From NCBI GenBank assembly GCA_977020255.1, contig CDROCS010003093.1, positions 62,001 through 126,000 on the forward strand: a DNA stretch of 64,000 bases. Direction: 5' to 3'. Origin of the DNA: Obrimoposthia wandeli. Lineage: Eukaryota. Below are positions 1 through 8,555 of this stretch, piece after piece (the stretch's first letter is position 1; each line of letters opens with the position of its first letter). The notes under the pieces are model-generated. The model was not told the origin of the DNA. It was given only the letters and a program-made list of their open reading frames with translations, and did no database searches. Both the position numbers and the translations under genes were made by a program.

Positions 1-29
1 TGACCTGCTTGTAAGATTCCTATTTTCAT
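1..29 (-). CDS. 5' fragment of a probable type 1 glutamine amidotransferase (runs off window start)
   Basis: Reverse strand from 29 reads ATG AAA ATA GGA ATC TTA CAA GCA GGT CA = MKIGILQAG(H), a typical GATase-1 N-terminus. AGGA lies about 5 nt upstream, and it is co-oriented just downstream of the 49..1020 gene. Confidence 0.55.
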
Positions 30-48
30 ATTGATCCTGTTTTTTATT

Positions 49-1020
49 TTAATAGCCCTGGCCCAAATCTACCGTTTTAGGCAAGGTGCCTTGTTCGCGA
101 TATCCGCTAATGTTTTTTGCTGCCACTAAAGAAGCCGTGTGTATGTTAGTAGCCGCTGAAATGTGCGGCAATATAGAGATACCAGGACAATCCCACAATG
201 GGCTGTCTTTGGCCAATGGCTCTTGCTCAAACACATCTAATACCGCATGTTCTAAGTGCTCGGTCTTTAAATAGTGTTGTAAATCGACATGATTAACCAC
301 CGGTCCACGGCCAAAGTTTATTAAACACGCCCCTTTTGGTAAAGACTTAAAGGCACTCGCATTTAATAACCCTCTCGTTTCACCTGTTAAAGGTAATAGA
401 CAGATTAGAATATCAGTAATGCTTAGTATTTGAGGCAGCTGCTCGAACCCATGAAAACTCTGCACTGCTGTAACTGATTTAGTACTGCGACTCCAACTAT
501 TCACTTGGTAGCCCTGTCTTACTAGCGCTTGCATAGCACATACACCTAACTCTCCTGCACCAAACACTGATACTCGAACATCTTTAGCGGGTAGACAATC
601 AAGTGGCTGCCACAGCTTTTGTTGCTGCTGTTGCATATACTGCGGTATTTTTCGGTGTAAATACAACGTCCATGCTAACACTGCTTCTGCCATCGTTTGT
701 GCTAGTTGAGGATCAATTAAACGCACTAATTCTACAGGCGCTTTGTGTGCTCGTGCTCGTTTGGTATTGAGTAATTTAAAGCCATCAACCAGTTTTTCAA
801 CACCTGCCCACAAACTTTGCACCCAGCGCAAATTTGTATACTGCTCAATAAGATTAGGGTCTGGGTCTGCAACTATCGCAATTTCAACCTGCTCAACTTG
901 GCTTTGAGTCAATTGATGCGCTAATAAAATAGTCTCATTAGGGAGTAATAACTGTAGTCGTTCGAGCCATTGTTGCTGTTCTTTTTCATTAAGCCTGTGG
1001 ATAAAAACAATGGGTTGCAT
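49..1020 (-). CDS. ghrA: Glyoxylate/hydroxypyruvate reductase A-like D-2-hydroxyacid dehydrogenase
   Basis: VQSLWAGVE, Rossmann-like VFGAGELG, LINFGRG, LDVFEQEPL and ILPHISA motifs. Confidence 0.85.
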   Translation of the reverse strand: MQPIVFIHRLNEKEQQQWLERLQLLLPNETILLAHQLTQSQVEQVEIAIVADPDPNLIEQYTNLRWVQSLWAGVEKLVDGFKLLNTKRARAHKAPVELVRLIDPQLAQTMAEAVLAWTLYLHRKIPQYMQQQQQKLWQPLDCLPAKDVRVSVFGAGELGVCAMQALVRQGYQVNSWSRSTKSVTAVQSFHGFEQLPQILSITDILICLLPLTGETRGLLNASAFKSLPKGACLINFGRGPVVNHVDLQHYLKTEHLEHAVLDVFEQEPLAKDSPLWDCPGISILPHISAATNIHTASLVAAKNISGYREQGTLPKTVDLGQGY

Positions 1021-1022
1021 GC

Positions 1023-1430
1023 TTAAAACACCTTATCTAAATGAGGAAAACCTTTAAACTCTATCGGATTACCAAAAGGGTCAAGAAAAAACATCGTATG
1101 CTGCTCCCCCTCTTTGCCAGCAAAGCGTACACAAGGTTTTATAATAAAATCTACTTTTTGCTCGGTTAGTTTTGCAGCAAGTACAGACCAATCCTCTAAG
1201 GCTAGCACGGCACCAAAGTGCGGCATAGGCACTTCAATATTATCGACCAGCCCGGTATTGTGTACACTAAATGGCTCACCTAAATGAAGAGATAACTGGT
1301 GCCCAAAAAAATCATAATCAACCCATGTTTGTGCCCTACGCCCCTGTTTACAACCTAGTACATTACTATAAAACTCGCAAGCAAGCTCTAAATCCAAAAC
1401 ATTAAACGCTAAATGAAAAATTGATTTCAT
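1023..1430 (-). CDS. VOC/glyoxalase (extradiol dioxygenase-like) family protein
   Basis: FHLAFNV, WVDYDFFGHQLSLH, VPMPHFG and TMFFLDPFGNPIEFK motifs. The track ORF starts at 1454, but MKSIFHL at 1430 is the more likely start. Confidence 0.85.
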   Translation of the reverse strand: MKSIFHLAFNVLDLELACEFYSNVLGCKQGRRAQTWVDYDFFGHQLSLHLGEPFSVHNTGLVDNIEVPMPHFGAVLALEDWSVLAAKLTEQKVDFIIKPCVRFAGKEGEQHTMFFLDPFGNPIEFKGFPHLDKVF

Positions 1431-1460
1431 ATTTACCTCTCTCTTCTTATCCATCTGATT

Positions 1461-1628
1461 TAGCCCGGATATTGCATGTAATGCCGTGATGATAGCGCCG
1501 CTAGTTGTTTTTACAGACTTTTTTTCGATTGAGCGCCGTACGGGTGCGCCCGGTTGATGGAGAAAGAAAAGTCTGTAAAAACAAGGAGCAAGCTAGGGCA
1601 CGAGCAATTGGGTACAATATTCGGGTTA
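1461..1628. mobile_element. 168-bp palindromic MITE-like element
   Basis: Terminal IRs TAGCCCGGATATTG (1461-1474) and CAATATTCGGGTTA (1615-1628) pair 12/14. There is an internal perfect 18-bp IR at 1505-1522/1567-1584, and TA at both ends. Confidence 0.6.
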
Positions 1629-1696
1629 GGACAAATTAGCAATAAATCGACATAAGAGATACTATATTATGATTTACACAACCATAAGAGAAAGCT

Positions 1697-2602
1697 ATGG
1701 ATACTCGTTTTTTAGCAAGCTTAATCTGCGTCATAGAGACAGGATCTATAGCAGGTGCTGCTCGAGTACAAAATTTAACCGCAGCAGCGATCAGCCAAAG
1801 AATTAAATCTCTCGAAAACGCACTTCACTGTACCTTACTATCACGCACAGGTCATAGCGCTAAACCCACTGAAGCTTGCTTGAAAATTTTACCTAGACTA
1901 AGAAATATTAACGCTCAAATTGAGTTTATTGAGCACGATTTAGTGACGAGTGGTTTATCTGGTGAACTTAGATTAGGGGTTATTTCAACGCTTCTTAGTA
2001 GCGTTTTGCCGCGCTGCATTAAACACTTAAAAGATCAGGCCCCTAATATTTTACTGCAAGTTATTCCGGGATCGTCACAGCAGTTATATCAGCAATTAGT
2101 AGAGCAAAGAATTGATGTCGCTATTATCGTAAATCCGCGATTTAGCGTGCCTAAAGTATTAGACCAAAAACTGTTATTTTCTGAGCCTTTAACTTTAATA
2201 CAGCTCAATACTAAAATGAATATACAACAGGCACTTCATCACTTTCCTTATATTCAATACGATCACTTATCTTGGGGCGGAGCGCTCGCTAGTCGCTATT
2301 TAAAAGATCACCAATATCCAGTAAGCACTCTCTGTGAAATTGATGCATTAGAATCTATAGCACTGATGGTGCAACAGGGAATGGGCGTGTCTTTAGTGCC
2401 TGATTGGGAAAGTTTGAGTAGCATTGCACCGCTCTTACAAAAAAACATCATCGAAATACCCGCATATAATCGAAATATTGCATTATTAAGCCATAAGCAG
2501 TCGGGCAAGGAGAAAATTATCAAAGCATTTGATCAAGCCCTTAATTTAGCCCTTCCCAATCCAGATTCAAGTGTTGTTTGTGAGGATTTAGGCTGCGCCT
2601 AA
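1697..2602 (+). CDS. LysR-family transcriptional regulator
   Basis: N-terminal HTH (GSIAGAARVQNLTAAAISQRIKSLE) plus substrate-binding domain; divergent from the VOC/ghrA operon. Confidence 0.92.
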   Translation: MDTRFLASLICVIETGSIAGAARVQNLTAAAISQRIKSLENALHCTLLSRTGHSAKPTEACLKILPRLRNINAQIEFIEHDLVTSGLSGELRLGVISTLLSSVLPRCIKHLKDQAPNILLQVIPGSSQQLYQQLVEQRIDVAIIVNPRFSVPKVLDQKLLFSEPLTLIQLNTKMNIQQALHHFPYIQYDHLSWGGALASRYLKDHQYPVSTLCEIDALESIALMVQQGMGVSLVPDWESLSSIAPLLQKNIIEIPAYNRNIALLSHKQSGKEKIIKAFDQALNLALPNPDSSVVCEDLGCA

Positions 2603-2977
2603 TTCATCTCTAGCGTGAATCAAAGCCGTAAGTATCACACCAGATGATTTAGGCTGCGCCTAATTCATCTCTAGCATGAATCAAAACCGGAAGCATCACA
2701 CCAGATGATTTAGGCTGCGCCTAATTCATCTCTAACGTGAATCAAAACCGTAAGCATCACACCAGATGATTTAGGCTGCGCCTAATTCATCTCTAACGTG
2801 AATCAAAGCCGTAAGCATCACACCAGATGATTTAGGCTGCGCCTAATTCATCTCTAACGTGAATCAAAGCCGTAAGCATCACACCAGATGATTTAGGCTT
2901 CGCCTAATTCATCTCTAACGTGAATCAAAACCGTAAGCATCACACTAGATGATTTAGGCTGCGCCTAATTCATCTCT
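2582..2977. repeat. Tandem array A: 7 copies of a palindromic hairpin, 61-bp period
   Basis: Core (A)GATGATTTAGGCTGCGCCTAATTCATC(T) starts at 2582, 2643, 2704, 2765, 2826, 2887 and 2948. Linkers are near-identical (ctaacgtgaatcaaaRccgtaagcatcacacc). Confidence 0.97.
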
Positions 2978-3940
2978 ATTATGTGGTAATTCAAATCCTA
3001 GATCTGCGCCTACCGGTATTATCCCGGTGGGGTTAATCGTGCCATGAGATGCATAATAGTGCTCTTTTATATGTGCAATATCTACCGTCTCAGCAATACC
3101 CTTTACTTGGAATAACTCTCTAAGATAGTTAGATAGCGCGGGATAATCTGCAATGCGCTTTTTGTCACATTTAAAATGCCCAACATACACGGCATCAAAG
3201 CGTACCAGTGTGGTAAATAACCGCCAATCAGCTTCTGTTATTTGCCCTGCTACTAAATAGCGCTGTTGTGTTAAGCACGTTTCAAGCGAATCTAATACAC
3301 TAAATAACTGAGCTACAGCATCATCATAAGCGCATTGCGTTGTGGCGAAACCTGCTTTGTATACGCCATTGTTAATATTGTGGTAAACCTCTTCATTAAT
3401 CATGTCTATTTCACTGCGCAAACTCTCAGGATAATAATCACCAGCTACAGCACCTACGTTATCAAAAGCGCTGTTTAACATGCGAATAATATCAGCAGAT
3501 TCATTACTGACGATGGTATTGAGCTGTTTATCCCACAATATAGGGACCGTTACACGCCCCGAATAATCACTTTGAGCCTTCACATAAAGCTGATGCACGA
3601 AATCCGCTTGGTTTACATCATCTGCAATAACACCAGAGCCTGGATTAAAGCTCCAACCATCATCTTGCATCAAAGCATTTACCACAGATATCGATATCAT
3701 ATCCTCTAAACCTTTGAGCGCTCTAAATATCATAGTTCGGTGCGCCCAAGGACAAGCCAGAGAAATATATAAATGGTAACGTCCGCTCTGGGCTTTAAAC
3801 CCAGAATTACCTGTGGGCCCAGCACTACCCTCAGCAGTTATCCAATTGCGAAACTGGGATTGTTTGCGAACAAATTTGCCTTGTGTTGCCTTTGTATCAT
3901 ACCAATGCGTATGCCATTGGCCTTCAATTAATAAACCCAT
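2954..3940 (-). CDS. yqjG: Glutathionyl-hydroquinone reductase (GST omega/Xi class)
   Basis: RYHLYISLACPWAHR, GRVTVPILWD, NESADIIRM, NNGVYKAGFA and RFDAVYVGHFKC motifs. Confidence 0.93.
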   Translation of the reverse strand: MGLLIEGQWHTHWYDTKATQGKFVRKQSQFRNWITAEGSAGPTGNSGFKAQSGRYHLYISLACPWAHRTMIFRALKGLEDMISISVVNALMQDDGWSFNPGSGVIADDVNQADFVHQLYVKAQSDYSGRVTVPILWDKQLNTIVSNESADIIRMLNSAFDNVGAVAGDYYPESLRSEIDMINEEVYHNINNGVYKAGFATTQCAYDDAVAQLFSVLDSLETCLTQQRYLVAGQITEADWRLFTTLVRFDAVYVGHFKCDKKRIADYPALSNYLRELFQVKGIAETVDIAHIKEHYYASHGTINPTGIIPVGADLGFELPHNRDELGAA

Positions 3941-3962
3941 CTACACTCTCCTATACTTAAGT

Positions 3963-4805
3963 TTAATTAAACTTTCCCTGCTGATAATCTCGTACTGCTT
4001 GATTAATTTCAGCTTGGGTATTCATTACAAAAGGGCCGTAACGAGCCACACTTTCACCCAAAGGTTTCCCAGCGATTAACAAAAATCGACTGTTAACAAC
4101 TGAGCTAAGCTGTATTTCATCACCTGCACTAAAATGGGCTAACTGTTGTGCCCCAACAGTTGTATTCGATACAGTGAGTTCTCCTTCTAGCACGTAAATA
4201 AAGGCATTATAAGTGGGATCTATTACTTGTTTGAATGCTGATTTTTCCTGTAAATGTACATCCATATAAGTAGGGTCGGTATACTGGTTTTCCACCGGCC
4301 CTTGTGTACCTAGATCTGTAACACCGGCAATCACTTTAATGACTCCACCGTCTTCTCGCCGCTCTATTGCCACCTCATCAGCGGCGAACTCTTGATAAGC
4401 CGGCGCTGTCATTTTTGCACTACTCGGTAAGTTCACCCACAGTTGAAAGCCTTTTAATAAACCCTGTTCTTGCTCAGGCATTTCAGAGTGCAATATCCCT
4501 TTACCTGCTGTCATCCATTGCACCGCTCCTTCACCAATCACTCCCTCATTACCTTGGCTGTCTTTGTGGCGCATTTTGCCATTTAAAATATAGGTCACTG
4601 TTTCAAACCCTCGATGAGGGTGCTCAGGAAAACCTGCTATATAATCATTCGGGTCATCACTTTCAAAGCAATCAAGCAGTAAAAAAGGATCTAACATATC
4701 CAATTTAGGCTGCCCAATAATGCGCGTTAAATTTACCCCTGCTCCATCTCTGGTTGCTCTACCCGTAATAAGCTGTTGAACCTCACGAACTGTATTGGTG
4801 TGCAT
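3963..4805 (-). CDS. Pirin family protein
   Basis: DPFLLLD, FPEHPHRGFETVTY, VQWMTAGKGILHSEMP and GPFVMNT motifs. Likely start is ATG 4805 (MHTNTVRE) with GGGGAAG upstream; the track's extension to 4886 runs through a repeat element. Confidence 0.92.
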   Translation of the reverse strand: MHTNTVREVQQLITGRATRDGAGVNLTRIIGQPKLDMLDPFLLLDCFESDDPNDYIAGFPEHPHRGFETVTYILNGKMRHKDSQGNEGVIGEGAVQWMTAGKGILHSEMPEQEQGLLKGFQLWVNLPSSAKMTAPAYQEFAADEVAIERREDGGVIKVIAGVTDLGTQGPVENQYTDPTYMDVHLQEKSAFKQVIDPTYNAFIYVLEGELTVSNTTVGAQQLAHFSAGDEIQLSSVVNSRFLLIAGKPLGESVARYGPFVMNTQAEINQAVRDYQQGKFN

Positions 4806-4842
4806 AATGTCTTCCCCAAAGTATATTTTTAACCCTCTACTA

Positions 4843-4914
4843 TTAAAGATCCCAGGGGCAAGCCCTCTCGCTTCGCTCAACTTCATTTCGTGAAGCGGGG
4901 AATTTACCCTTGAT
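4843..4914. repeat. Repeat family C copy (REP-like) in the pirin/LysR divergent promoter region
   Basis: Its reverse complement matches 30737-30861, including an exact 19-bp ATCAAGGGTAAATTCCCCG. Its left end TTAAAGATCCCAGGGGCAAGCCCTC recurs at 61741. Internal hairpin CTTCA-tttcg-TGAAG. Confidence 0.8.
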
Positions 4915-5011
4915 TATCAATACAGTTTAATTGTTGATTACTAATTAACAAACAGCCACAATTAGAAATGATAATTGCTTAAATCAGAACAATAATGATT
5001 GGATGTATTGA

Positions 5012-5935
5012 ATGGGACAACTTGAAGATATGGCAATGTTTGTACGCATTGTCGACTCAGGAGGCATAGGTAAAGCAGCAGAGCAGCTTAACTTAGCTAA
5101 ATCTGCTGTGAGTCGGCGCTTAGTTTCGCTAGAAAAGCGTTTAAATACAAAATTACTGATTCGCACCACGCGCAAATCAAACCTCACTGATGCCGGCAGA
5201 AGCTACTATCAAAGGGCCATTAGTATTATTGATGACGTGGCTCAATTAAACACTAGCACCAGTAATACCAACACAGTCTTAGATGGGACGTTGCGCCTAG
5301 CTTTACCGCTTTCCTTCGGTTTGATGCATTTAAGCCCCTTATTGGACCTATTTAAACGTCAACATCCGCAACTGCGCTTAGATATCGATTTTTCGGATAG
5401 GCAAATAGATTTGGTAGAAGAGGGTTATGAGCTAGCCATTCGCATAGGCGAGCTTAAAGATTCTAGCATGCAAGCTAAAAAACTCGGGCCTGTACATCAC
5501 ACACTTTGCGCCAGCCCAAGCTATTTGGCAGAGCATGGTGAACCCTCTAGTATTGAAGAGCTTAAAACGCATAAGCTGTTACGTTACACCAATAACGAAA
5601 AACAAGGCTGGACGATCATTGATGGCGAGCAAAAAAAACATGTGCTAGATGTGACAGCACAGGTCTGTGCGAATAACGGAGGCTTTTTAGAAAAAATGGC
5701 GATAGCTGGGCACGGTATTGTCTACATACCTTGTTTTATCGTGTATCAATCAATAGCAGATAATTTATTAACCCCAGTATTACAAGATCATCGATTCATT
5801 GAATATAATATGTACGCTGTATACCCACAAAATCGCTTTTTATCACAGCGCGCTAGGCTATTCATTAACCTACTAACAGAACACTTTAGTCAAACTTCTG
5901 ATTGGAGTCTAAGTCGTTTGCATTCCGGTTCATAG
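5012..5935 (+). CDS. LysR-family regulator (DmlR/CrgA-like)
   Basis: HTH AAEQLNLAKSAVSRRLVSLEKRL, then GTLRLALPLSFG and DLVEEGYELAIRIG. Divergent from pirin, like the yhaJ/yhaK/yqjG neighbourhood of enterobacteria. Confidence 0.92.
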   Translation: MGQLEDMAMFVRIVDSGGIGKAAEQLNLAKSAVSRRLVSLEKRLNTKLLIRTTRKSNLTDAGRSYYQRAISIIDDVAQLNTSTSNTNTVLDGTLRLALPLSFGLMHLSPLLDLFKRQHPQLRLDIDFSDRQIDLVEEGYELAIRIGELKDSSMQAKKLGPVHHTLCASPSYLAEHGEPSSIEELKTHKLLRYTNNEKQGWTIIDGEQKKHVLDVTAQVCANNGGFLEKMAIAGHGIVYIPCFIVYQSIADNLLTPVLQDHRFIEYNMYAVYPQNRFLSQRARLFINLLTEHFSQTSDWSLSRLHSGS

Positions 5936-5958
5936 AACCTGTGTATAAAGCGCCCAAG

Positions 5959-6651
5959 TTACCATTGTTTTAAATAATACTCCGCTTTCCAGGTCAGTAC
6001 TTTAAACACGTCAAACAGACCCGTTTGTGATAAATAAAAGCTCAAATTGATCGCAAAGCTAAAAATTAACACTTGCCCTTGTTCAGTAAAAAACCAACTC
6101 AAAGCAGCCATATTGAGCAGTGCAACACTAAACAACACTACACTAAAACCAAACTTTTTAGTTTTGTGCCGCAACCATACTCTCGCGATAAAAGCGCCGG
6201 GCCAACCACAAAGTAAAGCGGTTAATTGCAACGTGAATTCGCTCACCCGCCACTCGCCTTTTCGCGCGGCTCTTTTATCTTTTGCATACAATATAAGCGT
6301 CAAGATGCTCATAAAGCTATACACAAGCGCCACGAGCATTGGCTGCATCAGTAAATAGACACAATAATAGATAGCGAATAAAAAAAGTAACCCACAAACC
6401 AAGGGCCATTTGGCCACAGGTCGCTTGGTTTTTTTGATAGCACCTTCTAAAATAGAAATAGATTTAGCGCGTGGCTTGCCTCTTTCCTCTTCACTAATAA
6501 TAAATTCAATACTTTGATGTAAGGCAAACGTATATCCAGCGCTTTGACACTCACTTTGATGGACAAATATTTGCACTCCACTTGCTTTAACCTGTGCGAA
6601 TCCATAGCCTTTTTGCTCATCCCAAGAAACTATTTTACCTTTGGTATACAT
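5959..6651 (-). CDS. Cold-shock domain + DUF1294 membrane protein
   Basis: N-terminal KGKIVSWDEQKGYGF...IFVH (CSD) and C-terminal LYAKDKRAARKGEWRVSE...CGWPGA...LRHKTKK (DUF1294). Confidence 0.88.
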   Translation of the reverse strand: MYTKGKIVSWDEQKGYGFAQVKASGVQIFVHQSECQSAGYTFALHQSIEFIISEEERGKPRAKSISILEGAIKKTKRPVAKWPLVCGLLFLFAIYYCVYLLMQPMLVALVYSFMSILTLILYAKDKRAARKGEWRVSEFTLQLTALLCGWPGAFIARVWLRHKTKKFGFSVVLFSVALLNMAALSWFFTEQGQVLIFSFAINLSFYLSQTGLFDVFKVLTWKAEYYLKQW

Positions 6652-6673
6652 CTATTACTTCACTACTTTAGAG

Positions 6674-7612
6674 TCAGTCATTTTTAGCTCTCGCCTTTAG
6701 CTCTTGAGGCAATAAACTGGCATATATCATTTCGTTGATTGGAGTCGCCACACCTACTTGTTTGGCTAATCTAATCACAGCTCCTGTTTGACTCTCTAAC
6801 TCTGAAGGCTTGCCGGATAACACATCGCGCTGCATAGACGTATCACTGTCCTCAGCAGAATTAAGTATCTGCTGCCATACCAAATCTTTGACGTTTTCAG
6901 GTAACACTACCTTGTGAGCAATGGCGACCGCTATTATCTCATCTATTGCACAACGTAATAACTGGCATGTTTGTTGATTGGCACGCACTTCCCCAAATTT
7001 AGCCCTGGTAACGCTACCGACACCGCTGGTACTGGCTATAAAAATAAATTTTCGCCATACTGCACTGTTTATATTATCTACCAGTTTAGTGTTAAAGCCA
7101 TCTGTGCGCTCTAGCTGCGCTAACACTTGTTGTGCTCTATTACTTAATTGGTTGTCTTGTTCACCAAATTGTAACCAAGGTTGTGAGCCAATATGATCAA
7201 TTTTACCTGGGCCAACCCTCTTTGCAAAAATTCCGCACAAGCCATTTAATACCTTAGTTGCACTGTATTGATTAGAGAGCACATTGACAGCATCGATACC
7301 ATTAAGCAGCGGCAGTATCAACGTGTTTTCACCCACTAAAGGCTGCATCGCTTGGGCTGCAGCCTCTACTTGCCAACCTTTAACGCAGACAATAACCAGA
7401 TCACAGACACCAATGTGTGCTGCATTATCACTTGCTTGGACAGGCTTTATTACAAAACTTCCGTTTATGCTATTTACTTGTAAACCTTGCGTTAACATCG
7501 CTTGCAAGTGCTCGCCTCTGGCAATAAAACTCACATCTAACCCAGCTTGCGCTAAGCGACCACCAAAATATGCACCCACTGCGCCTGCACCATATACTGC
7601 TATTTTCATCAA
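6674..7612 (-). CDS. panE: 2-dehydropantoate 2-reductase (ketopantoate reductase family)
   Basis: GAGAVG, LLNG, WRKF and TSMQRDVLSGKPSELE motifs. Confidence 0.88.
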   Translation of the reverse strand: MMKIAVYGAGAVGAYFGGRLAQAGLDVSFIARGEHLQAMLTQGLQVNSINGSFVIKPVQASDNAAHIGVCDLVIVCVKGWQVEAAAQAMQPLVGENTLILPLLNGIDAVNVLSNQYSATKVLNGLCGIFAKRVGPGKIDHIGSQPWLQFGEQDNQLSNRAQQVLAQLERTDGFNTKLVDNINSAVWRKFIFIASTSGVGSVTRAKFGEVRANQQTCQLLRCAIDEIIAVAIAHKVVLPENVKDLVWQQILNSAEDSDTSMQRDVLSGKPSELESQTGAVIRLAKQVGVATPINEMIYASLLPQELKARAKND

Positions 7613-7754
7613 CTTACCCGAAATATCCGATTATTAATTTACTATTGCGACCTATAAACAAACGCTAGTCGATTATTTGTATCAACCAATATTGGTCTTA
7701 TTTTGTCACACTGATCTACTTGCGTCACCTTGAAAAGCAGAGGATTATATAGCG

Positions 7755-7771
7755 AGTGCCCATCCAGAAAC
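7755..7771. repeat. Solo terminal-inverted-repeat remnant of MITE family B
   Basis: AGTGCCCATCCAGAAAC is the exact 17-nt reverse complement of the right end of the 52319-52481 element. Confidence 0.6.
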
Positions 7772-7802
7772 ACCAGCCAATATTAAGACAAGGATCTAAG
7801 CA

Positions 7803-8516
7803 TTGAATATTTACCACCGTATACTTTTAGTTGAAGATGATCACCAGCTGGCACAGCTTGTAAGTGATTACCTCACCAAAAACGGCTTTAGCGTGCACAC
7901 ACAAAGCAATGGGATCAGTGCCGTTGAGTATATAAAACAGCACAACCCAGAACTGGTTATCTTAGATATTATGCTGCCGGGCATCAATGGCATGGATGTG
8001 TGTCGCCAAGCTCGGGCTTTTTATCGCGGCCCTATCCTCATGTTGACGGCTTTAGATGAAGATATGGATCAAATGCTCGGGCTAGAAATTGGTGCCGATG
8101 ATTATGTTATTAAACCGGTAAAACCTAGGCTACTACTGACGCGCATACGCACGTTATTACGCAGAGTTAACCCTGATCTTAAACCAGATACTGCAGATAA
8201 AGAGCATACAAATACGTTAGCAATACAGCTTACTGATAGAACCGTTGTCTGTGAAAACCAATCCGTAAGTTTAACTACCGCCGAGTTTGACTTACTGGTG
8301 ATGCTTGCAAAAAATGCAGGTGAAATTGTTAATCGAGAGCAGATTGTTCAAGATCTACGCGGTTTTGAGTACGACGGTTTAGACAGATCCGTTGATAGGC
8401 GCATCTCTCGTTTACGTAGAAAACTACACGATGACAGCCAAGACCCTAAGCTAATCAAGACCATACGAGGCAAAGGCTATATGCTCTGCATCAACTACCC
8501 GTGTCTAGAAAATTAA
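7803..8516 (+). CDS. OmpR-family response regulator (RstA-like)
   Basis: Receiver domain (VEDD, LDIMLPG, GADDYVIKP) plus winged helix (DRSVDRRISRLRRKL, KTIRGKGY); TTG start. Confidence 0.92.
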   Translation: MNIYHRILLVEDDHQLAQLVSDYLTKNGFSVHTQSNGISAVEYIKQHNPELVILDIMLPGINGMDVCRQARAFYRGPILMLTALDEDMDQMLGLEIGADDYVIKPVKPRLLLTRIRTLLRRVNPDLKPDTADKEHTNTLAIQLTDRTVVCENQSVSLTTAEFDLLVMLAKNAGEIVNREQIVQDLRGFEYDGLDRSVDRRISRLRRKLHDDSQDPKLIKTIRGKGYMLCINYPCLEN

Positions 8517-8555
8517 CTATCTTACGACCTTAATACTCAGATCCAGCATTGCTGG

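Noticed and set aside
2582-2977. CRISPR array (29-bp palindromic repeat plus 32-bp spacers)
   Set aside because: Spacers are near-identical copies of one another, there is no leader or cas gene in the window, and the terminal repeats lie inside protein-coding genes.
4806-4886. 27-aa N-terminal extension of pirin in the ORF track
   Set aside because: It reads through a family C repeat, and a better start with an RBS exists at 4805.
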